Below are positions 5,679-15,927 of a stretch of 64,000 nt of DNA, in pieces. Below the pieces are notes generated by a model. It worked only from the letters and a program-made list of their open reading frames with translations. It was not told the origin of the DNA and ran no database searches. Source of the DNA: a virus. The position numbers and the translations under genes are program-made. How positions within the stretch are numbered: the stretch's first letter is position 1; every line of letters begins with the position of its first letter. The stretch covers positions 1 through 64,000 of IMG/VR virus record IMGVR_UViG_3300013286_000501. The stretch is one strand, 5' to 3'.

Positions 5679-6518
5679 TTATAGGTATTCGTTAATTGAT
5701 TCTAACTCACCAGTGACAATATAGTCTTTGTATTTGTCTTGATTTTCTAGAATTGTTTTGGGGAAGTAATCGTCTAATGCAACTTTGACAAACGGACGGC
5801 TATCTAGTGGATTGAATCCCACACCCTTTTCCATCATCTCGTCAACGTTGATCTGTGCCAATATTTCTTCCTTGTTTAGTTCAGCGTGTGAAGACTCCTT
5901 GAGTTTAGTTTTAACCCATTCAGTATCGCCCATGTAGGTAAAATGCCAACCTGCGTGTTCGTACATTTTAATTCGGCCATCATCGTACTCATACTCGAGA
6001 TTATTTAATCCGAATCGTTGTGCTCTGAAATCTTCTGGCTTAATGACAAACTTCTTACGACCGCCTGTGATCCAAACACAATAGCTTTCGTGGTTGTCAA
6101 CTAACATGTAATTGAACTTGAAGTTAAAATAAGGAGTTCTGAATCCGTATAGGTCTCGAGGGTTTGCTCTAATGTCATCCATAATTTCTGGGCGTAGGAT
6201 TTCATCACAGTCACATACAATAACAATATCGTCATCTTCTGCACTAACTAGGCCTCGGACAATAGCATTACGTTGATGGTGGTCGTTGTCCCATGGACCT
6301 GTATTGGGCATGTCATCAACAACAACATAGATCATTTTATCATGCCATTGTGCAAATCGTTCCCAGTTATTTTTAAGAACAAGATCTTTTGGTTCACATT
6401 GGAATGTATGCGTAGCTTCTACAATAACAAAGTGATCAACATGATCATAAAGTTCACGTAGTCGTAGTTCCAATAGGTCTAGTTCATTTCTGAACAGTGA
6501 GCAGTCATATATTTTCAT
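5679..6518 (-). CDS. GT17-family (MGAT3-like) N-acetylglucosaminyltransferase
   Basis: IYDC..F.NELDLLELRL.EL..VD.FVIVEA, DCDEI, GWHFTY. Confidence 0.85.
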   Translation of the reverse strand: MKIYDCSLFRNELDLLELRLRELYDHVDHFVIVEATHTFQCEPKDLVLKNNWERFAQWHDKMIYVVVDDMPNTGPWDNDHHQRNAIVRGLVSAEDDDIVIVCDCDEILRPEIMDDIRANPRDLYGFRTPYFNFKFNYMLVDNHESYCVWITGGRKKFVIKPEDFRAQRFGLNNLEYEYDDGRIKMYEHAGWHFTYMGDTEWVKTKLKESSHAELNKEEILAQINVDEMMEKGVGFNPLDSRPFVKVALDDYFPKTILENQDKYKDYIVTGELESINEYL

Positions 6519-7213
6519 TTAATAATATCCATTCTATAAAGTTCGGGAGGGAATTCTTGCTGGTAATGATCTACATTACTATCAAACAAAGAATACGGGT
6601 TTAAGTTTGATTGTCTACCATACCAAAATTCAATATCGTACCTATAAAAATTCATAGGTGAAATAATTTGAGGATAAAATCTTACTGTACTTGGTAATTG
6701 TATTTTAGGCCAGCTGGCAATAAATTCAGATTTAGCCCAGTATTGATTACCGCTAAAATGAACAACTGGATCATACAACAAATTACAACCAACAATGTTA
6801 TATCCGTTATCTAATTGGTAGATGCATGACTGCCAATTTTCAATGCACCAATAGTCCATTAACCATCGCCAATGAGCCATTTTTTGCTCTGCATCAGTAC
6901 CTACGGCTGTTATACCCTTTTGATGTAGATACAATGCGTAGAATGGTTCATCGGCATCTACCGCATGAGTTTGCATTAGTATTGCAGTAGGATGTTCGTA
7001 TTCTTCTTTTGTTGCATCACAATGCACCCAATGAATATTTGGATGTGATTGTGATTTTATTAAATCGTTATAAGATTCTGGATCATAATGAAGATACACA
7101 TACAGTTCTGCATTATCTAGTAATCCACTAGATGTTAATTTATCAATACGTTCAGTTACTAACACTTCCCAGCCCGGCAAATTAGTAACCTGATAAAATA
7201 TTTTTAGTTTCAT
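6515..7213 (-). CDS. hypothetical protein, probable glycosyltransferase-like
   Basis: YLHQKG and HFSGNQYW motifs; glycan-cluster context. Confidence 0.5.
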   Translation of the reverse strand: MKLKIFYQVTNLPGWEVLVTERIDKLTSSGLLDNAELYVYLHYDPESYNDLIKSQSHPNIHWVHCDATKEEYEHPTAILMQTHAVDADEPFYALYLHQKGITAVGTDAEQKMAHWRWLMDYWCIENWQSCIYQLDNGYNIVGCNLLYDPVVHFSGNQYWAKSEFIASWPKIQLPSTVRFYPQIISPMNFYRYDIEFWYGRQSNLNPYSLFDSNVDHYQQEFPPELYRMDIIK

Positions 7214-7214
7214 G

Positions 7215-7778
7215 TTAGTTGGTTGTAAATGTTTCTTTTACAAAATCAATAAACTTTTCATTGTGTGAAAGAACACCTAACCCTGCCGAGTGAGTAAAAA
7301 ATACTTTATACATTGGAATTTCTTCAAACACTGCCATGGTCTCGGGGAACAGTGCAACATCGTGCATAATAATAACTGCATTGGGTCCTGATAGGAACTT
7401 TGACCAAGTTTTGTAATCATTCTTTACGGCATCATATGTATGTAATCCATCAATGTGTAAAATATCAATAGGAGTGGACCAGCCTAGTGCCACATCGTCA
7501 AAAAACCCTTTGATTAGTTCTATGTTATTATATTGATTTTCTTTTATAACATTTTTTACAACTTCATAAGCATCCGGATGATGTCCGGCATGTTCGTCGC
7601 CTTCAAATGAATCAATACCGTATACTGTGCCAATATCTGGTTCCGCTAGGCAGAATAGACTATACCCGTAGTCTACTCCTAGGTCAACAATAACTTTAGG
7701 TTGTAATTGCTCCACTAGCCAGTTGGCAAAGTATCTGTGGCCTTTCCATGCGCTATCTAATGTTTCTATATCAATCAT
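7215..7778 (-). CDS. class I SAM-dependent methyltransferase (Methyltransf_24-like)
   Basis: VDLGVDYGYS, LHIDGLHTY, MHD. Confidence 0.85.
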   Translation of the reverse strand: MIDIETLDSAWKGHRYFANWLVEQLQPKVIVDLGVDYGYSLFCLAEPDIGTVYGIDSFEGDEHAGHHPDAYEVVKNVIKENQYNNIELIKGFFDDVALGWSTPIDILHIDGLHTYDAVKNDYKTWSKFLSGPNAVIIMHDVALFPETMAVFEEIPMYKVFFTHSAGLGVLSHNEKFIDFVKETFTTN

Positions 7779-7783
7779 TTAAT

Positions 7784-8530
7784 TTACTCTATGCTATTTA
7801 ATTTTTCAGAGCATAGGCCCAATAGATTATTGAAACCTTGTTCTTGTAATGTGTTGGCAAATGCATTTACCTTGCTGTGATCTTTCCAAAAGCGAGTTGG
7901 AAGATTCTCTATGACATATCTAATGTCAGATTCTTTAAAAAATCTAGGTATGTTCCACGGACCATGGAATCCAAATGTTGGACCTAACCATTCATTCTCA
8001 GTGGCAAACTGTCTAGCTAGATCAACCGGAGCATACTCTATTCCATATTCTTCTTGCAACAGTTTTCTATGATCTACACAGATGGCAATGTCTTCGTTAT
8101 GTCCTGCAAAGCCACCTAGCTGAACACGCTGATCCCGGAGTGCCTCAATCAGCTTTCTTGAGCGCAAACTAAACCCACCATTACCCATTACAATACCCTG
8201 TTGAGGCCAAGGCCAGATTGCACCAATGTAGTCGTACTTTAGGAAATCGTCAGTCCATAGTTCCTGATTGACAGCCATAGCATCCCATTGTATGACCAAT
8301 GCATGTTCAGTTTCTACATGCAGCCAAAGGTGCTTGATCATAATCTCACTGTAGTCGTGTAGATTGATATTGGGCCTAATGGGAATGTGTTTAGCACCTT
8401 GGATGATCTCTCGGTCGCTAAACACCAATACTTCTTTACAATCTATAGTCTTTAGTGTTTGTTCAATAGCAAACTTGGCCAGCGTATGACTAGCGGTATC
8501 TACAATGACCAAAGAGATGTCTTTACTCAC
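7784..8530 (-). CDS. DUF5672-like putative glycosyltransferase
   Basis: QWD, FLKYDYIGAIW, GNGGFSLRS, NEDI, FGFHG. Confidence 0.75.
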   Translation of the reverse strand: MSKDISLVIVDTASHTLAKFAIEQTLKTIDCKEVLVFSDREIIQGAKHIPIRPNINLHDYSEIMIKHLWLHVETEHALVIQWDAMAVNQELWTDDFLKYDYIGAIWPWPQQGIVMGNGGFSLRSRKLIEALRDQRVQLGGFAGHNEDIAICVDHRKLLQEEYGIEYAPVDLARQFATENEWLGPTFGFHGPWNIPRFFKESDIRYVIENLPTRFWKDHSKVNAFANTLQEQGFNNLLGLCSEKLNSIE

Positions 8531-9303
8531 TTCCACAACTCCGGAACACTGTCCCACAATGCATCAAAGTCTAGGTAAGGGTCTTTGCCAGACGATTCCA
8601 TGATGTGAAATGCAAGTCCGGGAATAGGACTGAATAGCATGACATCTGGTTTGTTCCAAACTAGATTAATTGATTTGTTCTCAACCCAAGCTGCGTTCTG
8701 TGCAGTAAGTGTAACGACATCCTGAAAGTGATTAAGGTACTTGTCGTAAATTGCTCGGCTAGCTAAACAGGTGTAGGTAGTATGCTTGACTGTTCTATAA
8801 TGACGATATGGTCCTAACAACAAGATGCTTTCGTAAATCTCACTAACATAACGCCATATGTCATCATGTGGATTCATCGCAACCATTTGTCCAGTATTGC
8901 TTTCAAATTGGTCAACAGTATCAATCATGTCTTGGATTGTTTCGGGCTTGTGTATATAATCGTCCTCTACGTGATACCAAAGGTCGGAACATTTTTGTTC
9001 TACTAATTCATATACCTTTGACATAGTATAAGCATTGCCCGTGCCGCCCTTGACGGGTATAAAGGTCACTGGAACGCCACACCGATTTATTATAGTATTA
9101 ATGTCTGCTATGCAGGTGGGATCGCTATGGTCGTCCAATACAAATAGTTCTACATCGTGACCTTCAACCTGATTGATACTGTTAACCAAACTGCTAACAC
9201 ATACATTAATAATTTCAGGTTTGGTTTTATTAATGTATCTGCCGCCGTGTTGGGCAAATACCTTGCCACACGTTCTCAATATTATTGTTAGTTTTCTACC
9301 CAT
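8527..9303 (-). CDS. GT2-like glycosyltransferase
   Basis: VLDDHS and YHVEDDY DxD-like motifs. Confidence 0.7.
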   Translation of the reverse strand: MGRKLTIILRTCGKVFAQHGGRYINKTKPEIINVCVSSLVNSINQVEGHDVELFVLDDHSDPTCIADINTIINRCGVPVTFIPVKGGTGNAYTMSKVYELVEQKCSDLWYHVEDDYIHKPETIQDMIDTVDQFESNTGQMVAMNPHDDIWRYVSEIYESILLLGPYRHYRTVKHTTYTCLASRAIYDKYLNHFQDVVTLTAQNAAWVENKSINLVWNKPDVMLFSPIPGLAFHIMESSGKDPYLDFDALWDSVPELWK

Positions 9304-10307
9304 TACATTATTCTTTCAGACCATGTCTTTGGAGTTTGATCATTAATGATTTCCAAAGGATAGCTGTAGTCAAAAGGTCTTGCGCCGCGTGACTTAATGT
9401 AATCAATTGTACTGCGAATACCTTCGATTAATGTTGTAGTTGTTTTATACCCTAATTGCTCTCTTGCTTTAGTAGCATCGCAAGTTGCATAACGAATTTC
9501 TTTAGGGCGAGCCGGAAGATAGATAATTTGATCTTTAGGAAAGTTCATCTCATCACAAATAAGTTCAGCTAAATCTTTAATGGATACAAATTCTTCGTCT
9601 GGACCAATGTTAAAGGTATCGTTTTTAATGTTGGGATCTAATGCTAGTTTTTCTAAACAGTACACACAATCGTTAATAAAGCTAAAACATCTCATCTGAC
9701 CACCATCACCATAGACAATAGGAGCTTTACCTTGTAAAATACGATTAATAAAGATGCTCATTACATTACGGAATGGATCGTCATATCGTTGCCTTGGTCC
9801 GACAATGTTATGTGGAATAGCAACTATCCATTCCATATTATTCATCTCTGCAATACTCTTCAGAACATCTTCGCTTGCCACTTTGGCAATAGCATACGGA
9901 TCAACCGGGTGTGGAATTTGTGTTTCTTTGTAGGGGTATTCTTGATTACCAAAACGTGCCATACTTGAGCAATAGACAAACCGTTTTACTTTATTTTGAA
10001 TAGAAGCGCTGATAGTAGCTACACTGGCTTGGAAATTATTCTTAGTAATAAAGTTAGGACTAAAGATACTAAGTCCTTCGTGTGCGGTGGCTGCGGTATG
10101 GAATACAACATCGCATCCTGCAATGATTTTAGCCATTGCATCAATATCGCAACAATCAGCTTGATGGAATTCAACTCTCTTTGGTACATTATCTAGATAG
10201 CCTCCAATTAGAGTATCATTGCCTACAACTTCATGTCCTAGTGCTAACATTCTGTCAGCTAAATGACTGCCTAAAAATCCTGCAATCCCTGTAATAAAAA
10301 TTTTCAT
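9303..10307 (-). CDS. NAD-dependent epimerase/dehydratase
   Basis: ITGIAGFLGSHL Rossmann motif, YAIAK (YxxxK); start re-assigned to MKIFITG. Confidence 0.9.
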   Translation of the reverse strand: MKIFITGIAGFLGSHLADRMLALGHEVVGNDTLIGGYLDNVPKRVEFHQADCCDIDAMAKIIAGCDVVFHTAATAHEGLSIFSPNFITKNNFQASVATISASIQNKVKRFVYCSSMARFGNQEYPYKETQIPHPVDPYAIAKVASEDVLKSIAEMNNMEWIVAIPHNIVGPRQRYDDPFRNVMSIFINRILQGKAPIVYGDGGQMRCFSFINDCVYCLEKLALDPNIKNDTFNIGPDEEFVSIKDLAELICDEMNFPKDQIIYLPARPKEIRYATCDATKAREQLGYKTTTTLIEGIRSTIDYIKSRGARPFDYSYPLEIINDQTPKTWSERIM

Positions 10308-10325
10308 ATTTGTTGTTATTTTGTT

Positions 10326-10400
10326 TGGTCCGCCCACCAAGAATTGAACTTGGAATTAAGACTTAGAAGGTCCTTGTTATATCCATTTAACTATGGGCAG
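10326..10400 (-). tRNA. tRNA-Arg(TCT)
   Basis: Cloverleaf, loop CTTCTAA, CCA; TTGACA-16-TATAAT promoter at 10409-10436. Confidence 0.93.
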
Positions 10401-10494
10401 TTGTATATATTATACAGGATATTTAATACTTGTCAAGTTATGTGCGTATATTTCTATTGTTATATGCCCAGTAAATACACTTGAGGAGAACAAA

Positions 10495-10773
10495 ATGGGT
10501 GAATTTTTTAAATTAGTAGCAGAGTTAGGCTTCCCAATTGCAGGAGCAATGGCTGCGGGCTACTTTGTTTTCCTAACCCTGAAGTTTATTCTAGCTGGTG
10601 TGACTAGCAGTGTAAATGGTATGGGCGGCATTATCAAAGGCTTGGATGCTCGTGTTGACACTATGACTAATCAGTTGGTCCGTATTGATGTTAAAGTAAG
10701 CCATGCATTGGGCCTACAACCTGACTACGATAGATTAAGTAGAGCGGACCAAGCAAGCCAAAGGAAAGACTAA
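10495..10773 (+). CDS. small membrane protein, YvrJ-like
   Basis: GFPI..A.YF N-terminal TM helix followed by coiled coil; SD GAGGAG. Confidence 0.55.
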   Translation: MGEFFKLVAELGFPIAGAMAAGYFVFLTLKFILAGVTSSVNGMGGIIKGLDARVDTMTNQLVRIDVKVSHALGLQPDYDRLSRADQASQRKD

Positions 10774-11135
10774 TGGACAGTATTGCAGATCTAATAAACA
10801 GATATGGTTTTCCAATTGTGGCGGCGGCTGGGATGGGCTACGGAGTATTCTACGTATGGACCTGGGTGACCACAGAAATTAAACCCGTTATAGGACAAGC
10901 TAATGGAACACTTATTGCTCTTATTGATCGTATTCGTATGCTTGATAATGACCTTATACGACTTAACCAAAAAGTAGAAACTGTTATGGAGCTGCGTGGC
11001 AAGACTATCGAACGTGAACGTATTGAGGCTGAAAAAGATATCAATACTACTAAAAAGAAAGATGATACCGATATTCCAATCGGCAAGCGTAAAGCGTCCG
11101 CTAAAGAAATTAAAGAAACAGCAGGCGACGACTAA
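10773..11135 (+). CDS. small membrane protein, YvrJ-like paralog
   Basis: YGFPIVAA TM helix plus coiled coil; TAATG coupling. Confidence 0.55.
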   Translation: MDSIADLINRYGFPIVAAAGMGYGVFYVWTWVTTEIKPVIGQANGTLIALIDRIRMLDNDLIRLNQKVETVMELRGKTIERERIEAEKDINTTKKKDDTDIPIGKRKASAKEIKETAGDD

Positions 11136-11806
11136 TGAAAAAAACTATTGCCCTGTTCTTACACCAACCAATGTGTAGCATACAGTCGGGAAATGGGATC
11201 ATTAACGCATTACAATCCCATTACAATTTTAAAATTTTTACCAAACACGAGTTAGAAGACAGCTTCTTTGATGATGTTGATATGCTAGCCTTTCCCGGGG
11301 GCTTTGGCAACTCTGATAGCTATGACTATCTAATGAAGATCAACAGTAAGCCCATTACCAACTTTATAAACAGCGGTGGCTATTACCTTGGTATATGTAT
11401 GGGAGCTTACTGGGCAGGTAAAAATTACTTTAAACTGTTAGAAGGTGTTGATGCTGTCCAATACTACAAAAGACCCACAGCCTGCACTCGTCGTCCACAT
11501 ACTAAAAATATGCCAGTGACTTGGCAAGGAGTAGAGGATAAGATGTTCTTTAATGATGGATGTACATTTGTGGGCTCGGGCAAGTATGAAACCTATGCTA
11601 CATACTCAAATGGTGAGCCTATGGCTATCATTCAAAATAGATTAGGATTAATAGGTTGCCACCCAGAGAGTGAGAAGTTTTGGTATGATAGTTATCCGCA
11701 GCTTATCGGACAATATCACAATGGCGCTCACCATACCCTACTACTAGACTTTGTTAATACTTTATTTCGAAGTAGCTCTGAAGGTTCCGTCCCAGTCACT
11801 AGGTAA
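11135..11806 (+). CDS. class I glutamine amidotransferase-like (BPL_N-type) protein
   Basis: FPGG, GGYYLGICMGAY, HPE triad motifs. Confidence 0.75.
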   Translation: MKKTIALFLHQPMCSIQSGNGIINALQSHYNFKIFTKHELEDSFFDDVDMLAFPGGFGNSDSYDYLMKINSKPITNFINSGGYYLGICMGAYWAGKNYFKLLEGVDAVQYYKRPTACTRRPHTKNMPVTWQGVEDKMFFNDGCTFVGSGKYETYATYSNGEPMAIIQNRLGLIGCHPESEKFWYDSYPQLIGQYHNGAHHTLLLDFVNTLFRSSSEGSVPVTR

Positions 11807-13822
11807 GTCTTTGTTACGCATATCGGCAATGCGATCAATCCACAGTTCATAGTAGTGATCCATATTGCCATCAAAGCTACCTGTAAGTTCTTTACATAGC
11901 GTGATAGCTTTATCCCAATCCTGTTCGCGATAGTATTGTAACATAAGCTCATGTTGTTCTCTAGCACTGTTCCATGCTTCTGCTACAGTCTCATCTGGCA
12001 TGTAATTCACTGTAAAGATATTAACACCAACTGTCTTACCTTTAACTGCAATACAGTCCAGAGGTATTGTAAAGTATATATCGCTAACACGTTGCTCTGT
12101 GCTTTCACTAATAATGATCTTTTGTCCGTAATTCTTTGTTTGGCTTTCTAATCGTGCAGTTAAGCTGACACTGTCACCTAGTACGTCATAACCAAAGCGG
12201 TCCTTACTGCCAATATTACCAATTAGAGTTTGCCCAGTATTAATACCTAGTCCCATACCCACACGTGGTTTGCCTTCTTCTTCTAACTCAATGTTGAACA
12301 AGTCAACAGCATGAATCATTTCCAATCCAGTACGAACAGCAGCATGGGCATGATCAGGATCTTGTTCTTCTTGAATAGGAGCACCATGAACGTGCAATGA
12401 TGCATCACCAATGAACTTGATCAAACAACCGTTGTTGCGTAGAATAGGTTCAGAAATAGCAGTCATGTAACGATTCATTGTATTGGTAAATGCTACAACA
12501 TCCTCGCCGTAGGTCTCACCTAGGCCTGTGAAGTTACGCATGTCGCTCATTATAATAGTAAGCTCTTTCTTTTCACCGCCTAGTTTAATAAAGCTAGGAT
12601 CTTTCTGTAGACGTTCTACAATAACAGGATTGACATATGATCCAAACTGTTTTTTGATTGCAGACTTTTGTAAGTATTCGCTTACAAATTTGACACTATA
12701 TGCATGAATGTATACCAAACTAGTAGCAACAATAAACCAAGTGGCGTCCAATAAGATTCTGGAAGTTTCGTATAGGTATGATACAGCAAAGTGACTAGCA
12801 CCGAGAAAGATAATAATAGGAAGAAAAGCATAAGTCCACCTTGATAAAAATAATACCAACAGTCCTGCTACAAGAACGGCAAAGATCTCTGCATCATCGG
12901 CCCACTCCGGTCTCTTGATAGATGTTCCGCTCATTAACGTGCCCAACAAAGTAGCCTGCATATATTGGGGCCATACCTCGCCTCGAGCAGTAGCAACGGG
13001 ATTAACAAGCCCAGCAGCACTTAACCCAACAACAACAACTTCACCGTTAAAGGTTTGTGGTAGTTTAGCTAGACTGTATTCTTGCGGAGTCCTGCTCCAA
13101 TCAATCCATACACGGCTTAATGCATCTGTTTCAACTTTTCCAAATTTAGGAACACGTAGAGCTTCTACACCCATGTCTCCAATCTTAATTTGGAACTTGG
13201 GATCCTTGGCTGCAACACGCAATGTCTCCAATGCTAGGCTAGGATGAATGATGTTATCACTCATAATGACCAAAGGCATACGGCGAACAACACCATCAAC
13301 CTCTGGGAATGTATTAACAACTCCAACACCTGCGGCAGCTTGTTCAACTGCTGGCACGTTGGCAATGATACCAGGATACTCTACTATAGCACCACCCGGA
13401 TCTGCACCTACTACTTGGGCAACACTCTTGGAAGGTATGTTCTTATCCTTGGCTCCACCTAGTTCAGGCAGGACCACGGGCAACTGACCGAGTACCCTAG
13501 CCAGTTGGCCATCTTGACCAAATCGGTCTGGCTCTGGCATAAGAATATTAAACACGACAAGGCCAGCGCCACGGTCGTAAAGGTCTTTAATAATAGCCCC
13601 ATAGGTTGCCCTTGGGAACGGGAATTGTCCATATTTTTCTAACGCCTCTTCATCTATGTTAACTGTGTTTACGGGAATGATTTCTGCCGGCTGTGCGGTG
13701 ACTAACTGGTCAAAATAACGGAGTCTAACTGACTCCACAAAACTAGGATCGGCAAGTCTAATGCCTAACATTAAGGCCAGTGTCACTACAGCCAGCCACG
13801 GTGATAATAATATTTTCTTCAT
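11762..13822 (-). CDS. CHASE2-domain class III adenylate/guanylate cyclase
   Basis: N-terminal TM, CHASE2 (IDEEAL..GQFPFPR, DGVVRR.PL), 3 TM, cyclase SDMRNFT, KFIGDA, YDVLGD..ARLE. Confidence 0.92.
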   Translation of the reverse strand: MKKILLSPWLAVVTLALMLGIRLADPSFVESVRLRYFDQLVTAQPAEIIPVNTVNIDEEALEKYGQFPFPRATYGAIIKDLYDRGAGLVVFNILMPEPDRFGQDGQLARVLGQLPVVLPELGGAKDKNIPSKSVAQVVGADPGGAIVEYPGIIANVPAVEQAAAGVGVVNTFPEVDGVVRRMPLVIMSDNIIHPSLALETLRVAAKDPKFQIKIGDMGVEALRVPKFGKVETDALSRVWIDWSRTPQEYSLAKLPQTFNGEVVVVGLSAAGLVNPVATARGEVWPQYMQATLLGTLMSGTSIKRPEWADDAEIFAVLVAGLLVLFLSRWTYAFLPIIIFLGASHFAVSYLYETSRILLDATWFIVATSLVYIHAYSVKFVSEYLQKSAIKKQFGSYVNPVIVERLQKDPSFIKLGGEKKELTIIMSDMRNFTGLGETYGEDVVAFTNTMNRYMTAISEPILRNNGCLIKFIGDASLHVHGAPIQEEQDPDHAHAAVRTGLEMIHAVDLFNIELEEEGKPRVGMGLGINTGQTLIGNIGSKDRFGYDVLGDSVSLTARLESQTKNYGQKIIISESTEQRVSDIYFTIPLDCIAVKGKTVGVNIFTVNYMPDETVAEAWNSAREQHELMLQYYREQDWDKAITLCKELTGSFDGNMDHYYELWIDRIADMRNKDLPSDWDGTFRATSK

Positions 13823-13865
13823 TTCTTCTCCAGGGTGTATACACCTATTATCATTGTATTTAACA

Positions 13866-14366
13866 TTAACCCATAAAGCGGGTAAAGAATACCCAGGATA
13901 GTGCAACAACAGGAATTAGAACAGCAACACCGCCTACAAAGTATAGGAATACTTCCACAACTTTTGCTAGTTCTTCTCGCTTGATACGCTTCTGTCTTTC
14001 TATTTCAACAGCAGCAGCGGCACGCTCTTTGTAGATACGAATACGTTCTTTCATCATATCTTCCCAGACATCTCCATTACCGGAATAAATCAGTATATTT
14101 TTTAGTGCCCTTTCGTCTTCTCGAAGTTTCTTAGAAGCCATTGCTACCTGAAATGCTAGACCTCGAACATCTGAATCGGACCTGTTAGCACTTTCTATAC
14201 GCAATTTGGCATTTGCAGTATGTACCTCATCACTAGAACTAAAGAACTTACTGAAATCATTGTATAATTGCGAGATATCTTTACCTAGTGCTTGAGCTTT
14301 CTTAATGCCATCTACTGCGCTCCTGGCTGCTGCAAATGCTAAACTGATACTAACGGGATCAATCAT
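13866..14366 (-). CDS. hypothetical helical protein with C-terminal TM anchor
   Basis: ORF track; hydrophobic C-terminus. Confidence 0.6.
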   Translation of the reverse strand: MIDPVSISLAFAAARSAVDGIKKAQALGKDISQLYNDFSKFFSSSDEVHTANAKLRIESANRSDSDVRGLAFQVAMASKKLREDERALKNILIYSGNGDVWEDMMKERIRIYKERAAAAVEIERQKRIKREELAKVVEVFLYFVGGVAVLIPVVALSWVFFTRFMG

Positions 14367-14506
14367 TTTTTCTTGTCCTTATCCTCTTTGGGCTTGCTCC
14401 ACTCTAAGCATATGGACACACGGGTATAGTCTTTGCCTACCCAATACCACCGTAAGCATCGAGGCTCTGCTAACAAATAAATTGATAGCATTGCTGCGGA
14501 AAGCAT
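14363..14506 (-). CDS. small secreted-type protein (47 aa, two Cys)
   Basis: MLSAAMLSIYLLAEPRCLRWYWVGKDYTRVSICLEWSKPKEDKDKKK; coupled by TAATG upstream and ATGA downstream. Confidence 0.6.
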   Translation of the reverse strand: MLSAAMLSIYLLAEPRCLRWYWVGKDYTRVSICLEWSKPKEDKDKKK

Positions 14507-15927
14507 TATTTGTTCCTTATAACGGAAACACTACATCCAACTGGATTGGTGCAAATTTGTTGTAGGTTGTAGGCATCACCTGCGCCTGTTTGAATAACAC
14601 TCACTGTATTAGCTCCACCTGCATTTACAAGACTCAATACAGTCCCGTGATTGTTGCCAGTTTGTGATACGGTGGCCACATTGTTGTTTCCGTATAAGTT
14701 TGCTGCTGCAATGTTGCCATTACCAGTTTGCCCGAAAGATAAAGAATTATTATTTCCACTTATAGTACTGTATACTTGATTATTGTTACCAGTCTGGGTA
14801 GCTAATAATGAATTATAAGTTCCTGTAGAACTAATAATGGCGCTATTACTATTACCAACCTGTGAGTTGACTACTCCGTTAAAATTGCCCGATACTGCTA
14901 CAGCCGATAAGTTGTAGTTACTGGCATTGGCAGATTCTGTGGATGCCCCTGTAGTGTTGAATGTATAACCTTGTCCCAGTCTAACAATATTGTTAGACCC
15001 ACCCAGACTAACACTTTCATAGTTGCCACGCCCACTTTGATTGGTAGTTACTTTATTGCTAGCACCAGCATTTGTTTGTGTTATGTAAACACTGTTTTTA
15101 TTTGTGCTAGCATTGGGACTAACTGGAATAGTAGTAGGTCCAGTAACTGTGTAGTTCCAAGTAGTGTCGCTAGTAGTTGTAGGAGTACCTCTCGAAGTAG
15201 TCTTACTACCATCACTATATGTAGTAGTTGTTACAGGAGTAGTAGTTGTTGTAATTGTTGTGGGTGTGCTAGTTCCTACTACAGAATATGTGCCGCCGCT
15301 CCATTGATATGTGTTAGATGTAGTTTCTGTAGGACCTGTAGAACTACTTGACCCAACTTCGTTAGCTGTACTAGTTCCTGTTACAGTCGGCGACGCGGGT
15401 GCAGATGGTTGTGCTGTCTGTCCGGCGGCCAATGGGGTTGTACTACCATTGGCAGCGTATGCGTTAACCTGTGCTACGGTAGGGTTTAATGTTCCAGTCC
15501 AAGATACACCGCTAGTGTTGGAAAATCCTTGTGTCATACTAAACAACTGTCCAGTATTATTATCATTGCCCACAAAGAAGAAATAATCGTTGCCCATGTT
15601 AATAATATGGCCAGTACCCAATACTGCCTTCTGTGCTCCGTTGGCAGAGTATTGAATAGCATTGAATGGGTTAGTACTGTTACCTGTGGTTGCAAAGGCA
15701 ACGTAATCACCTGCAGCCCATGTTAATTTTCCACTAGTCCACGGAATCTTGTATACTGTTCCTGGATTCTTACTATAGATTTGACAAGTTGCTGTTTGTG
15801 TACAGGCACTGACATTCCATTGACTATCTGCTATTTGTGCTTGCCCAAATTTTAAATCCGACAAGCTGGTTGCCTGTGCAGTTAAACACATCATTAATGC
15901 AAAAATAAATGATAGAAATTTTTTCAT
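14506..15927 (-). CDS. secreted protein with globular N-domain, Thr-rich linker and C-terminal curlin-like repeats
   Basis: Signal peptide; repeats SQVGNSN, TQTGNNN, GQTGNGN, SQTGNNH. Confidence 0.75.
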   Translation of the reverse strand: MKKFLSFIFALMMCLTAQATSLSDLKFGQAQIADSQWNVSACTQTATCQIYSKNPGTVYKIPWTSGKLTWAAGDYVAFATTGNSTNPFNAIQYSANGAQKAVLGTGHIINMGNDYFFFVGNDNNTGQLFSMTQGFSNTSGVSWTGTLNPTVAQVNAYAANGSTTPLAAGQTAQPSAPASPTVTGTSTANEVGSSSSTGPTETTSNTYQWSGGTYSVVGTSTPTTITTTTTPVTTTTYSDGSKTTSRGTPTTTSDTTWNYTVTGPTTIPVSPNASTNKNSVYITQTNAGASNKVTTNQSGRGNYESVSLGGSNNIVRLGQGYTFNTTGASTESANASNYNLSAVAVSGNFNGVVNSQVGNSNSAIISSTGTYNSLLATQTGNNNQVYSTISGNNNSLSFGQTGNGNIAAANLYGNNNVATVSQTGNNHGTVLSLVNAGGANTVSVIQTGAGDAYNLQQICTNPVGCSVSVIRNK

